Source: Bacteroidota bacterium (lineage in GTDB: Bacteria; Bacteroidota; Ignavibacteria; UBA10030; UBA8401). From it: a stretch of 64,000 bases of DNA. The translations under genes and the position numbers were made by a program. The stretch covers positions 6,803 to 70,802 of the forward strand of contig JAJYOI010000001.1 in NCBI GenBank assembly GCA_021796275.1, in the 5' to 3' direction. Below, one piece after another: positions 18,585 through 28,881 of the stretch. Under the pieces are notes generated by a model. It saw only the letters and a list, made by a program, of their open reading frames with translations, was not told the origin of the DNA and did not search any database. How positions within the stretch are numbered: position 1 is the stretch's first letter; each line of letters opens with the position of its first letter.

Positions 18585-19523
18585 TCAGAATTTGAAAAGT
18601 GAATTCACATACCGCAGAGAGACGTTCCGCCGCGATTGGATGTCTTTCCGCTTTGCCAAGAGAACCGGAAAAAATTTGATAACCTCGACAGCTGCCTGAA
18701 GCTGTTCCTTGATAAATCCTTGTTGAAGAATCTTCATCGCATTATAAATTCTGCTCAGAATAATTAACGCAGCACGCAATAAAAAAATCTGCCACGGAAC
18801 ATTTTTGAGCAGGTAAAAGAAAGGATTTCGCGCATGAAGTTTTGCCGCAAGGCTCGTAATCTGTAATTTTGTCCCACCGCGTTTGTGATAGCATACGGCA
18901 TGTGGAGTATAGAGACACTTATAGCCCAGAAGCTGGGAACGAAAATCATGATCAATATCTTCACCCCAGGCAAAAAAAGATTCATCGAATAAGCCGACTT
19001 CATCAAACATCTTTCTGCGATAAAGCGCAGCGCCTGCGCATGCACCGAAAACATAATGGAAAGAATCGAACGAACCGTTATCCAGTTGTTTTTCACCACG
19101 CGAACGACCGTTCCCGGCACAACTCAACTCATCACCGGCGGCATCAATAATATTGCGATGATAAAAGTTCATCATCTTACAAGCAACAGAGCCGATTTCA
19201 TCATGTTGGCGAATTGCTTCAATCATTTTTTCCAGCCAATCGCCCGTTAATTCAATATCGTTATTCAATAGCGCAATATAGTCATTGCGTGTCGCAGTGA
19301 TTCCCGCGTTCACCGCACACGCAAATCCTTTATTCTCACTGAACTGAATCCACCGTACTTGAGGAAAATTTTCCGCTACATACGAAACTGAACTGTCGCT
19401 CGATCCATTATCAACAACGATAACTTCGAAATCGGAATACGTCTGCTTGAAAATCGAATTCAAACAGAGCGGCAAATGCTCCATGCCGTTATAATTCGGA
19501 ATGACAATGCTAACGGCCGGCAT
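18585..19523 (-). CDS. Glycosyltransferase family 2
   Basis: VSIVIPNYNGMEHL...VDNGSSDSS. Confidence 0.8.
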   Translation of the reverse strand: MPAVSIVIPNYNGMEHLPLCLNSIFKQTYSDFEVIVVDNGSSDSSVSYVAENFPQVRWIQFSENKGFACAVNAGITATRNDYIALLNNDIELTGDWLEKMIEAIRQHDEIGSVACKMMNFYHRNIIDAAGDELSCAGNGRSRGEKQLDNGSFDSFHYVFGACAGAALYRRKMFDEVGLFDESFFAWGEDIDHDFRSQLLGYKCLYTPHAVCYHKRGGTKLQITSLAAKLHARNPFFYLLKNVPWQIFLLRAALIILSRIYNAMKILQQGFIKEQLQAAVEVIKFFPVLLAKRKDIQSRRNVSLRYVNSLFKF

Positions 19524-20493
19524 GGAGAGGAACTCCTCGGTGACGAACGAACATCGTGTAAAACGATTTCAAAAAAAGTTTATGCTTTCTTTTGCTATAC
19601 GCAGCCGATTCGAAGGCATTATTGCCAGCAACGGTAATGCTGCGGATGAGATAGATAATGCCGGAGTTACAAACAAGAACGAGTTCGACAAAAAATGCGG
19701 AAAGTTTCGATCTGTTTTTTTTGAAAAACAAAATCAAACTGAGGGTAAATCGTTCAAACACCCATTCATTGTTCTTTGATACAAAGCTCCTTCCGCCAAC
19801 GTGAGTGAGCGCTGCTTTCCGATACAGAACAAGCTTCCACCCTGCTCTTCTCATCCGTAAAGACCAATCCACGTCTTCAAAAAATAATTTGTATTCTTCA
19901 TCCATCAATCCAACAGCAACAATCACGCTGCGCCGAACGAGAATACATGCGCCGGGAATTTGCTCTACCTCAGAATATTCTTCATCCTGAAGCGGCGCTT
20001 CCAGGAATCGCTCAACAAGCCATTGTATTTTTCTGCTCCACGGCTCGAAAAAGGTATGGAAAAATATAACTTGAAAAAGAGTGGGGATTTTTCTCACATA
20101 ACCTTTTTGAAAAACACCGTCTGCATTCATCAACATCGGCATAAGAGCGCCGGCATCAGCGTGTGATTCAAAAAAAGAAATAAGCTTTTCAATCGCTTCC
20201 GGCTGAAGCACAATGTCTGGATTAAGAATCAAAATATATTTACCTTGCGACCTGCGTATTCCTTCATTGACACCCCATGCAAAACCGTTGTTGACAGTGC
20301 TCGCCACTAACGAAACTTCTGCGTAATTAGTTTTCACTGTATCGCAACTCCCATCGCTTGATGCGTTGTCAACGACGATCACTTCTTTTGAAAACGCGGA
20401 AAGGCACCGGACGATAGAATCCAAACACGAAAGGAGATATTCCTTTGTATTCCAATTCACAATGATAATAGAAAGATCGGGTAGCATGTTCAT
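19510..20493 (-). CDS. Glycosyltransferase family 2
   Basis: LSIIIVNWNTKEYL...VDNASSDGS. Start taken at Met MNMLPDL (ATG 20493), downstream of the flippase gene's stop. Confidence 0.75.
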   Translation of the reverse strand: MNMLPDLSIIIVNWNTKEYLLSCLDSIVRCLSAFSKEVIVVDNASSDGSCDTVKTNYAEVSLVASTVNNGFAWGVNEGIRRSQGKYILILNPDIVLQPEAIEKLISFFESHADAGALMPMLMNADGVFQKGYVRKIPTLFQVIFFHTFFEPWSRKIQWLVERFLEAPLQDEEYSEVEQIPGACILVRRSVIVAVGLMDEEYKLFFEDVDWSLRMRRAGWKLVLYRKAALTHVGGRSFVSKNNEWVFERFTLSLILFFKKNRSKLSAFFVELVLVCNSGIIYLIRSITVAGNNAFESAAYSKRKHKLFLKSFYTMFVRHRGVPLHAGR

Positions 20494-20503
20494 AATGTGC
20501 CAT

Positions 20504-22048
20504 TCAGCGTTCGAAAGATGCTGCAACCTTACGAACGATACGACGGACAATACCAATGTCGTATTCATCGAAAACTTTGAACAGCAACAGTGTTGCAACA
20601 ACAATTCCAAGATACAGCATTACGGCTAATAATAAACTGACAATTGTTCCTTCCCGAGAAAATGACATCGGATATATTGCATGAATGACAACTTGAGCGA
20701 TCAACGCAGCCCCAATACAAATTGACATTGGCTTGATGAAGATGCGGGCAATCAGCAGTGAAGAAATGCCCATGGTTCGGTGAAACGCGACAATGAAATA
20801 AAAAGCCCCAATAATAAGTGAAAGCGATGTCCCTAATGCGATGCCAACGGGACCAAATAGAAATGCACCGAGCAACGTAATGCAAATATTTATGACTGCT
20901 ACCAAAAGCCCGTAATTTCTGTCCAATTCTGTTTTACCTAACCCTGCAGTCATCGAACTAGCAACACCTGTGACAATATTAAAGAAATAGCCAATCGCAA
21001 GAAGCCGTACAAAAGCGACTGATGTTTCAAACCCCGCGCCGACCCAGGCATAAATAATATCGGAAACAAAAACAGTAACAAAGCAGAAAAAAAAGCTTGC
21101 GACTATTACAATATATTTCGTTCCGCGTTTATACAATGCCGTTAATTGTTCGCGATCATCTTTTGCATTGATTTCAGCAATCGCCGGAATGAGCGCCGTG
21201 AGGATCATAAATGAAAATGAACGCGCAGCACTTGTCAACCGCACGCTTAAATCATAATACGTTGAAACGAACGCGCCAAAAAAACGAAGGCTGAAAATCC
21301 GATCCGTCTGGAAAAGAATAATTTGCCCCATTCGACTTACCTGCAGATTGAACCCGTAATGCAAGAACTGTTTTACTTTTGTGAAAGCAAAATAGCGCGG
21401 GCGAAGCTTTAATGACGGAACAAGTCGGAATGCAATGACACTTAGACACATGGCATTGACTGCCGCAACAATCAGATTGTTCACAACCAAACCGCGCACG
21501 CCATAACCGGAACGAAGAACAAAAATTGTTCCGGCGATAGTAAGTGTTTGTGTAACAAAAGAAACATATAAATTGACTTCCATTCTTTGAATGCCGTTGA
21601 TGATTGACGTTACCGGAGACGCAATTCCCGACAGAACAAAAATACACACTGCAACTTTTAACACAAACTCTGCATCGCCAAGAATTGCCTGAGGCACTCC
21701 GGCAAGAGAGAGCAGAACGCCGCCAAGAGAAAGTGCTAAACCAATAATTACGATCCCGATGGCTGCATAGACGATCACTCCCGTGTTGACAACTTCGAGA
21801 AGGTCATCCATCATGCCTTTTGTGTAATATTCACTGATATATTTTACGAAGGCAGTGCCTGTTCCCATGTCCAATAAGCCGATGTAGGCAGTCAATGCGC
21901 CGATAATTGCCCACACCCCGCCATACATTTGTTCGCCGAGTGAATGGACAATAAACGGGACAAGAAAAAAGTTGGAGACAAAAATGAAAAAAAAATTGAT
22001 CGAATTGGTGATGGTGTTGCGGATTATTTTACGCGGCGTTTCATTCAT
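20504..22048 (-). CDS. Wzx-like polysaccharide flippase (MOP/MATE superfamily polysaccharide biosynthesis protein)
   Basis: About 12-14 predicted TM helices across 514 aa. It sits inside the GT cluster. N-terminus IRNTITNSINFFFIFVSNFFLVPFIV. Confidence 0.7.
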   Translation of the reverse strand: MNETPRKIIRNTITNSINFFFIFVSNFFLVPFIVHSLGEQMYGGVWAIIGALTAYIGLLDMGTGTAFVKYISEYYTKGMMDDLLEVVNTGVIVYAAIGIVIIGLALSLGGVLLSLAGVPQAILGDAEFVLKVAVCIFVLSGIASPVTSIINGIQRMEVNLYVSFVTQTLTIAGTIFVLRSGYGVRGLVVNNLIVAAVNAMCLSVIAFRLVPSLKLRPRYFAFTKVKQFLHYGFNLQVSRMGQIILFQTDRIFSLRFFGAFVSTYYDLSVRLTSAARSFSFMILTALIPAIAEINAKDDREQLTALYKRGTKYIVIVASFFFCFVTVFVSDIIYAWVGAGFETSVAFVRLLAIGYFFNIVTGVASSMTAGLGKTELDRNYGLLVAVINICITLLGAFLFGPVGIALGTSLSLIIGAFYFIVAFHRTMGISSLLIARIFIKPMSICIGAALIAQVVIHAIYPMSFSREGTIVSLLLAVMLYLGIVVATLLLFKVFDEYDIGIVRRIVRKVAASFER

Positions 22049-22057
22049 GTAAACAGT

Positions 22058-22945
22058 TCACCTTAGCTGAGAATGAAGCAACGACAATTCGGCTTTTGTG
22101 TCATGATGAAAAGAAAAAAGCTTCAGTGCAATAGGGCTTTTGGTCACTGCCATTAAACGGAACAAAAGAATCGGCAAAAGAAAATATTCTGCTTTTCTGC
22201 CAAAATGCATGCGGTAGTATAATAATATATTGCAGTACATTTCCAACCGTAGCTTCGGATTCGCCTGCTTCGTGCTGCGGCTGCCATGATGCATAACAAC
22301 CGCCAGCGGCGTAAAATATATTTCCCATCCACTGTGTTTTATCCGCCGACATAATTCCACATCGTTATAGAGAATTGTTAATCGTTCATCGAAGAGTCCG
22401 AAAGAATCCACGATCGCTTTGCGAACAATTAAGCACGTTGCATCAGGCTGATCTACAGAGCGCACGACGTCATGTTTGAACTTTTTCATCAGATAACCGG
22501 AGTTCAACCAATTGAGCGAACAATATAAAGCCGCTGCGTTCAGCGGAGTCGGAAAGCGTTTGCACGAAGGTTGAAGCTTCCCGTCCGGTGTAACAAGCTT
22601 GCAGCCTACGGCACCGGCATTGTGGTATTCATTCATAAATTGTATCATCTTTTCCAACGCGTTTCCACGAACTTCGGTATCGCTGCCTAAAAGTAAAATA
22701 TATTTCCCTTTTGCAATTTCCGCTCCCTGATTATTTGCCCGCGCATAACCAAAATTTTTTGCATTACAAATCAGGACCACATCAGGAAATTCACTTTCGA
22801 TCATATTTGCTGAGCCATCAACCGATGCGTTATCAACAACTATGATTTCATACGTTCCCTTTGGAGGTTGCACATAAATTGAACGCACACATTCCCTCAA
22901 CAAATCTCGGGTATTCCACGATGCGATGATGATCGATAATTCCAC
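22058..22945 (-). CDS. Glycosyltransferase family 2
   Basis: LSIIIASWNTRDLL...VDNASVDGS. The GTG start lies immediately after the trpB TAG stop. Confidence 0.75.
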   Translation of the reverse strand: MELSIIIASWNTRDLLRECVRSIYVQPPKGTYEIIVVDNASVDGSANMIESEFPDVVLICNAKNFGYARANNQGAEIAKGKYILLLGSDTEVRGNALEKMIQFMNEYHNAGAVGCKLVTPDGKLQPSCKRFPTPLNAAALYCSLNWLNSGYLMKKFKHDVVRSVDQPDATCLIVRKAIVDSFGLFDERLTILYNDVELCRRIKHSGWEIYFTPLAVVMHHGSRSTKQANPKLRLEMYCNILLYYRMHFGRKAEYFLLPILLFRLMAVTKSPIALKLFSFHHDTKAELSLLHSQLR

Positions 22946-24142
22946 CTAAATAATACCTTCCTTCATCACTGTGCCCAAATCTTTATCTCCTCTGCCGGAA
23001 AGATTTACAACAATAATCTCGTCCTTTTCCATTGTTGCCGCCAATGTTACTGCATACGCCACGGCATGGGCAGATTCAAGAGCAGGAATAATTCCTTCTG
23101 TCCGGGAAAGCAACAGCAGCGCATTCAGTGCTTCTTTATCAGTTGCTGAAACATATTCGACAAGCTTCTGATCTTTCAGGTAACAATGTTCAGGACCGAC
23201 ACCCGGATAATCAAGTCCGGCAGAGATCGAATGTGCAAGCTGAACTTGTCCGTTTTCATCCTGTAATAAATATTGCATCGCACCGTGAAGAACGCCGCGC
23301 TGTCCCAACGCAAGCGCCGCCGCATGCTTTCCGGTTTCAAGTCCGTAACCCGCAGCTTCAACTCCGATAAGCCTCACAGCGGGAACATCCTCGAGAAACG
23401 GATAGAAAATTCCCATTGAATTGCTTCCGCCGCCGACACAGGCAACAATCACATTCGGCAGTTTTTTTTCTGATTCAAGAATTTGCACGCGCGTTTCTTT
23501 GCCAATGACTGATTGAAAATCTCGCACCATCATCGGAAAGGGATGCATGCCGACAACCGAGCCGATGACGTAAAATGTATCGCGGACATTTGTTACCCAA
23601 TCGCGGATCGCTTCGCTTGTCGCGTCTTTCAATGTTTTACTTCCGCTCGAAACAGGACGAACTTCAGCGCCAAGCAATTTCATTCGATACACATTCGGCG
23701 CCTGGCGTTCCATATCTTCTTCACCCATGTACACAACGCATTGAAGTCCGAACAACGCGCAGACTGTCGCCGTTGCGACTCCGTGCTGCCCTGCGCCGGT
23801 TTCTGCAATAATGCGCTTCTTCCCCATCTTACGCGCAATAAGAATTTGTCCAATTGTGTTGTTGATTTTATGAGCGCCGGTGTGACATAAATCTTCGCGC
23901 TTCAAATAAATTTTTGCACCGCCAGTTTGAGCAGACAATCTCTGTGCAAAATAGAGCGGCGTCGGCCGTCCGACAAAATTCTTGAGATAATAATTGACCT
24001 CATTCTGAAACGTGAAATCGTTCTTCAGCTTGTCATACCACGCCGTCAGTTCTTCAACTACGGGAAGCAATGTTTCAGGAATATAGCGGCCGCCGTAAAC
24101 GCCAAAATGGCCGGTGGCATTGGGAAGATTTTTGTATTTCAT
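22946..24142 (-). CDS. trpB: Tryptophan synthase beta chain
   Basis: [14 protein letters not shown]-lysine motif and GGGSNSMG. 398 aa, which is the TrpB1 size. Confidence 0.95.
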   Translation of the reverse strand: MKYKNLPNATGHFGVYGGRYIPETLLPVVEELTAWYDKLKNDFTFQNEVNYYLKNFVGRPTPLYFAQRLSAQTGGAKIYLKREDLCHTGAHKINNTIGQILIARKMGKKRIIAETGAGQHGVATATVCALFGLQCVVYMGEEDMERQAPNVYRMKLLGAEVRPVSSGSKTLKDATSEAIRDWVTNVRDTFYVIGSVVGMHPFPMMVRDFQSVIGKETRVQILESEKKLPNVIVACVGGGSNSMGIFYPFLEDVPAVRLIGVEAAGYGLETGKHAAALALGQRGVLHGAMQYLLQDENGQVQLAHSISAGLDYPGVGPEHCYLKDQKLVEYVSATDKEALNALLLLSRTEGIIPALESAHAVAYAVTLAATMEKDEIIVVNLSGRGDKDLGTVMKEGII

Positions 24143-24819
24143 GATTGCAAAGGAATTGATGTACGATGATTTTTCATAGCTTCAAAACCGCGCTGAGCAT
24201 TTCTAACGAAGTCTCTTATTTTTCCGTGATCTTTAATGCCGGGTGAAAATTCAACACCGCTGCTTACATCAACTCCAAACGGCTGAACAAAAGCGATTGC
24301 TTCTTCAACATTGCCCGGTGTCAATCCTCCTGAAAGAATAATCTTGCCGAAATTTTTCGCCTCACGCGCGATAGCCCAATCGAATGTTTTTCCTGTCCCG
24401 CCGAACTCATTCGGTGAAAAGGAATCTAACAAAAAAGCATCAACCGAATAGCGCGAAAGCAAAAGAAGCTGCTCCGCGGTTGCGATGTGTACTGCCTTCA
24501 CAACAGGAATATCGTAACCGGTTGGAAATCCCTTTGGGAAAATCTCCTCCGGCGCTTCATCGCCATGAAACTGAAGTACGTCTAATTTCATCTCACTGCG
24601 CACTGCGTCAATTTCATCTCTCGCTGCATTCACAAAAACACCGGCACGTGCAATAGAGCGGGAAAGTTTAGCAGAAATTTCTGCGGCACGGCGCGGAGTA
24701 ATATATCGTTTGCTGCCGCTGTAAAAATTAAATCCAACTGCCGAAGCTCCGCTTTTAAAAGCACAGAGCGCGTCTTCAAGATTTGTGATACCGCAAATTT
24801 TGATGAACGGCGCTTCCAT
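24139..24819 (-). CDS. trpF: Phosphoribosylanthranilate isomerase
   Basis: [13 protein letters not shown]-terminus. About 225 aa with a TIM-barrel pattern. Confidence 0.85.
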   Translation of the reverse strand: MEAPFIKICGITNLEDALCAFKSGASAVGFNFYSGSKRYITPRRAAEISAKLSRSIARAGVFVNAARDEIDAVRSEMKLDVLQFHGDEAPEEIFPKGFPTGYDIPVVKAVHIATAEQLLLLSRYSVDAFLLDSFSPNEFGGTGKTFDWAIAREAKNFGKIILSGGLTPGNVEEAIAFVQPFGVDVSSGVEFSPGIKDHGKIRDFVRNAQRGFEAMKNHRTSIPLQS

Positions 24820-24838
24820 TGTCAAAATCTCATTGGGA

Positions 24839-25636
24839 TTATGCAGAAACATGGGAGCGCATTAATTGGCGGAGAGCCTGTGCGCGATCCTTCTGCACCA
24901 TCAGTTGTTCGCCCACAAGAACACAGTCAAAGCCGGCTTGGCGAAGAAGATACACGTGGTGCTCATTCCGTATGCCGCTCTCGCTCACCGTAAGAACGGT
25001 GTTCGGAATCATTCGCTTGAGGTTAAGCGACGTTTCAAGATTCACTTCAAATGTTTTCAAATCGCGGTTGTTGATGCCGATGATTGTCGCCCCGCAGTCA
25101 ACGGCACGGTCAATTTCTTTTTTCGAATGACATTCAACAAGGCACGCAAGTCCGAACTGCTGCGCCAAGCCGAGAAAATGGACGATTTGATCATCACTGA
25201 GCGAAGCAACAATCAGCAGAATTGCATCGGCACCGATTGCCCGCGATTCATAAATTTGATACTCGTCAATGATAAAATCCTTGCGCAGAACCGGCACGTG
25301 AACGTTTCTTTTCACCAATGCAATGTATTCCGGGCTACCTTGAAAAAATTTCCGGTCGGTCAAAACTGAAATCGCATTTGCGCCTCCTTGCGCATACTCG
25401 CGGGCAATTTTCTCCGGTGAAAACGACTCGGCAATCACGCCGCGCGAAGGCGACGCTTTTTTGATTTCTGCAATGCATGCTATTCCATCAAAATCATGAC
25501 TGGCAATTGCTCCGGCAAAATCCCTCGCCGACGACATCGTGCCGATCAACCGCGACAATTTTTCCACGGGCACAGATTGCCTGAGCGATTCGACCTCGCT
25601 TCGTTTATGTTCTACTATTTCATTTAACTTGTTCAT
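24839..25636 (-). CDS. trpC: Indole-3-glycerol phosphate synthase
   Basis: IAEIKKASPSRGVI motif. 265 aa. Confidence 0.9.
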   Translation of the reverse strand: MNKLNEIVEHKRSEVESLRQSVPVEKLSRLIGTMSSARDFAGAIASHDFDGIACIAEIKKASPSRGVIAESFSPEKIAREYAQGGANAISVLTDRKFFQGSPEYIALVKRNVHVPVLRKDFIIDEYQIYESRAIGADAILLIVASLSDDQIVHFLGLAQQFGLACLVECHSKKEIDRAVDCGATIIGINNRDLKTFEVNLETSLNLKRMIPNTVLTVSESGIRNEHHVYLLRQAGFDCVLVGEQLMVQKDRAQALRQLMRSHVSA

Positions 25637-25654
25637 GTTCCGCGTTGTCTTCTT

Positions 25655-26572
25655 TCACAGGCGCTGTTTTTTCACTTTCACCAAGCGAATGCGGCGCTCG
25701 TTTTTCTTGCTCACTAAAAACGCTAAATCGCCATAACGGATTTCTTCGTGCAATTCCGGAATGCGTCCGGTAAACTTGTGAAGAAAACCGCTGATCGTTT
25801 CATAGTCAACATCTTCGGGTACGGCGGCATGGAACTGCGCGTTAAAATCATGAATGCTCATTCCAGCATTCACGACAACCGAACCGTCGCTCGACGGCTC
25901 AATGTCGCGAAGGTCTTCATCATATTCATCCCGAATTTCTCCGACGATTTCCTCAAGAATATCTTCCATCGTAATAATGCCCTCCGTTCCTCCAAACTCA
26001 TCAACAACAATTGCCATGTGCTGTTTTTTTGTTTGAAGCTCACGAAGAAGTGCGCTGATTTTTTTTGATTCAGGAATAAAATAGGGCGGACGAAGAATAT
26101 CCTGAAGAATAATTACATCGCGGTGCTCAAGCATGCTGAGCAGATCTTTCGTGTAAATGATGCCGATAATGTTATCAATGCGGCCGTGATACACCGGCAT
26201 CCGGGAATACCCCTCGTCAATAACCACCTTCACCAATCGTTCGCGGCTGATAGAAATGTCAACGGCAACAACGTCAGTGCGCGGAACCATAATTTCTTTG
26301 ACGGTGGTATCGGTGAACTCGAGAATGCTTTTAAGCAGTTCATGTTCCGTCGAATCAATTGCACCGCTTTGCTGTCCGTCTTCCAGCATCTGCTTGATGT
26401 CGGCTTCGGAAACGTGCTGGCGCCTGACTTTGTTGAAAATCCCTTTGGGAAAGATTCCTGTAATTGCTGCCACAACATCCTTCCAATTAAAAATCCGCCG
26501 TGCTTCATCTTTGGGCGGAAACTCCTTTTGTTTGCTATCGTCATGTAGCCGCACGTCGCTCATGGACGCCAT
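25655..26572 (-). CDS. corC: CorC/YbeX-family soluble protein with a CBS pair plus a CorC_HlyC domain and no DUF21 TM domain
   Basis: Two CBS motifs (IMVPRTDVVAV..., AIVVDEFGGTEGIITMEDILEEIVGEI) followed by a transporter-associated C-terminal domain. Confidence 0.7.
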   Translation of the reverse strand: MASMSDVRLHDDSKQKEFPPKDEARRIFNWKDVVAAITGIFPKGIFNKVRRQHVSEADIKQMLEDGQQSGAIDSTEHELLKSILEFTDTTVKEIMVPRTDVVAVDISISRERLVKVVIDEGYSRMPVYHGRIDNIIGIIYTKDLLSMLEHRDVIILQDILRPPYFIPESKKISALLRELQTKKQHMAIVVDEFGGTEGIITMEDILEEIVGEIRDEYDEDLRDIEPSSDGSVVVNAGMSIHDFNAQFHAAVPEDVDYETISGFLHKFTGRIPELHEEIRYGDLAFLVSKKNERRIRLVKVKKQRL

Positions 26573-26642
26573 GCCATCATGAATACCAGTTCTTCATAGA
26601 CAACGCACAGCGATATCCTTAACTCAAAAAATATCTGCGGCT

Positions 26643-27650
26643 TCATTTCGTCGCCTCGATCAGTGCGTTGAGTTTCTGCTTTGCTTTTCCCGAATCAATG
26701 GAATCTGCCGCGCGTGCAACGCCTTCGTTCATGCCGGACGCAAGTCCTGCAACGCACAGCGCCGCCGCTGCATTCAACACAGTAATATCGCGTTGACCGC
26801 TTTTCTTACCGTCGAAAATATTTTTGAGAATCGCCGCGTTCGTCTCGGCATCGCCGCCTTTGAGTGCGCTCAAATCTCCTTCTGAAATTCCAACTGACGC
26901 GGAACGGAATTCGTACGTTGTCACTGAACCATTCTTCAATTCACTGATGCGCGTTATTCCGAATGTGGAAATCTCATCTAAACCGCCGGCACCGTGAACA
27001 ACCATGGCGTGCTTCGAACCAAGTTCTTTCAGCACATTGGCAAGCGGCTCGGTCAATTGTGAATTGAACACGCCGATCACCTGTCGTTTCGCACCTGCCG
27101 GATTTGTCAATGGACCGAGAATATTGAACACAGTCCGCACTCCTAATTCTCTTCGCACGGGACCCGCGTATTTCATTGCACCGTGGAGCGCTGTCGCAAA
27201 AAGAAACGCAATGCCGACATCGTTCAAACACTGCTCCACTCTTTCTTTCGGAATCTCGATGTTCACCCCTAACGCCACCAGCACATCGGCACTGCCGCTG
27301 CGACTCGAAATTGCTCGATTGCCATGTTTTGCCACAACCGCACCGGCGCCGGCGGCAACAAATGCTGCTGCTGTAGAAATATTGAATGTCCCGGCTCCGT
27401 CGCCGCCCGTTCCGCATGTATCAATCACATCGGAACTTTTCGATTCAATGCGCGTTGCTTTTTCACGCATTGCCTGAGCGCAGCCCGCAATTTCAGCGAC
27501 AGTTTCACCTTTCATGCGGAGCGACACCAAAAACGATGCGATCAGCGGTTCTGAAACATTGCCGGACATAATTTCCGACATCGCCTCGTACGCTTCCTGT
27601 TTTTCTAAGTCTTTGTGCTCTAAGATTTTGCGGAGCGCTTCTTTAATCAT
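26643..27650 (-). CDS. trpD: Anthranilate phosphoribosyltransferase
   Basis: DTCGTGGDGAGTFNISTAAAFVAAGAG signature. Confidence 0.9.
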   Translation of the reverse strand: MIKEALRKILEHKDLEKQEAYEAMSEIMSGNVSEPLIASFLVSLRMKGETVAEIAGCAQAMREKATRIESKSSDVIDTCGTGGDGAGTFNISTAAAFVAAGAGAVVAKHGNRAISSRSGSADVLVALGVNIEIPKERVEQCLNDVGIAFLFATALHGAMKYAGPVRRELGVRTVFNILGPLTNPAGAKRQVIGVFNSQLTEPLANVLKELGSKHAMVVHGAGGLDEISTFGITRISELKNGSVTTYEFRSASVGISEGDLSALKGGDAETNAAILKNIFDGKKSGQRDITVLNAAAALCVAGLASGMNEGVARAADSIDSGKAKQKLNALIEATK

Positions 27651-27702
27651 AAAATTAATTTAATGGAAAAGGCACTGATAATCAATTTACAGGAGTTGCC
27701 AT

Positions 27703-28488
27703 TCAATACACCACTTTTTCCAGCACTAAACCCTTCGCCGGCGCCGCCATCGAGGCACGCCGCCGGTCTTTTGCCTGAATGATGCCGGCAAATTCTTCAA
27801 CACTAATTTTTCCTCTTCCTACATCTATCAGCGTTCCGACAATAGCACGCACCATTCCGTGGAGAAAGCGGTTCGCACGAATAACAAAAACTGCTTTGCC
27901 ATTTTCGGGTTGTGTCGCCTTCGGCGCCATTTTCAACTTCCATTCTGCTTCGAACACCGTGCAGAGAAAGTGCCGCTTTACGGCATCCCGTACAGCGGGA
28001 TTCTTCTGTTCAAAACTCGATGTGCAGAACGATTGGAAATCGTGCGTGCCGAGCAGCAACCGTGCGGCTTCATTCATAACAGTGAAATCCAATTCATAGA
28101 AAATCTGCCAGCACATTTTTCGGTCAAGCGCAGTCCGCTGCTGCGATATGTAATAATGATAGATGCGTTCTTTAGCACTGTACCGCGCAGAAAATTTTTC
28201 AGGAACTTCTTCAAGATGACGGACGACGATGTCTTCGGGAAGGACACCGTTCAACGCACGCAATAAATCTTTCTCGGCGACAGCGGAATTCAATAAAAAA
28301 TTTGCCGCCTGTCCCCGCGCATGAACTCCGGCATCGGTTCTTCCGGCACCGACAACGGAAATTGATTCTTGCGTTACCTGCGCAACGGCTTCTTCTATCA
28401 AAGCCTGAACAGACCTGCCCTTCGCTTGGCGCTGCCAACCGATGAAATCCGTGCCGTCGTATTCAATAATGATCTTGATATTCCGCAT
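27703..28488 (-). CDS. truA: tRNA pseudouridine(38-40) synthase
   Basis: IIIEYDGTDFIGWQRQ and GAGRTDAGVHARGQ catalytic-Asp motif. Start taken at MRNIKIII (ATG 28488). Confidence 0.9.
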   Translation of the reverse strand: MRNIKIIIEYDGTDFIGWQRQAKGRSVQALIEEAVAQVTQESISVVGAGRTDAGVHARGQAANFLLNSAVAEKDLLRALNGVLPEDIVVRHLEEVPEKFSARYSAKERIYHYYISQQRTALDRKMCWQIFYELDFTVMNEAARLLLGTHDFQSFCTSSFEQKNPAVRDAVKRHFLCTVFEAEWKLKMAPKATQPENGKAVFVIRANRFLHGMVRAIVGTLIDVGRGKISVEEFAGIIQAKDRRRASMAAPAKGLVLEKVVY

Positions 28489-28596
28489 AGTGGAAAACAA
28501 TTGCCACAACACCACAGAGTTCACAGAGAATTATTTTAACGGCTTGATTGATAGTCTCTGTGCTCTCAGTGGCTACACTTTTATGTAACCCGTGTA

Positions 28597-28628
28597 CACG
28601 AAAAATCCCGTCACATGCAGCTTGCGTG
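28597..28628 (-). terminator. Rho-independent terminator on the minus strand (8-bp GC stem cccgtcac/gtgacggg, 11-nt loop, then AUUUUUCG)
   Basis: Stem, loop and U-run are all visible in the sequence. It lies in the 420-bp non-coding gap upstream of truA. Confidence 0.5.
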
Positions 28629-28676
28629 ACGGGACAATTTTATAATTGAGACATCTTAAAAACTCAAATGTTTGGT

Positions 28677-28705
28677 GGGACAGACATTCCTGTCTGTCGT
28701 TTTCG
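28677..28705 (+). terminator. Plus-strand hairpin (gacagac/gtctgtc, 7 bp) followed by GTTTTCG. It is a possible terminator for an unannotated plus-strand transcript.
   Basis: Inverted repeat and T4 run read from the sequence. There is no plus-strand CDS upstream. Confidence 0.25.
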
Positions 28706-28804
28706 ATCTAAATTTAATGTTCTTGACAGGCAACAATGACTGTCCTACCAATTTTTCAGATGTCTCTAATTCATAATTTATGTTACGCATGGGAAAAACC
28801 CGCC

Positions 28805-28881
28805 TAAAAAAATAAATTCGTCATGCCCGAACGCTTTAGTCGGGCATCCATACTTGAATTCCCGCCTTCGCGGGAATGACG
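28805..28881 (-). terminator. Compound two-hairpin structure with a closing stem, followed on the minus strand by a U-rich run. It is the putative terminator of gene 28945-29691 and may be a REP-like palindromic element.
   Basis: Hairpin A is gcccga-N9-tcgggc (28825-28845). Hairpin B is attcccgc-cttc-gcgggaat (28858-28877). The closing stem is cgtcat/atgacg. On the minus strand AATTTATTTTTTT follows. Confidence 0.45.

Noticed and set aside
28819-28881. ATTCCC-N8-GGGAAT palindrome resembling the dRS3-type dispersed repeats of other bacteria
   Set aside because: There is only one copy in the 64 kb, so membership of a repeat family cannot be established. I kept it as a terminator/REP-like candidate only.
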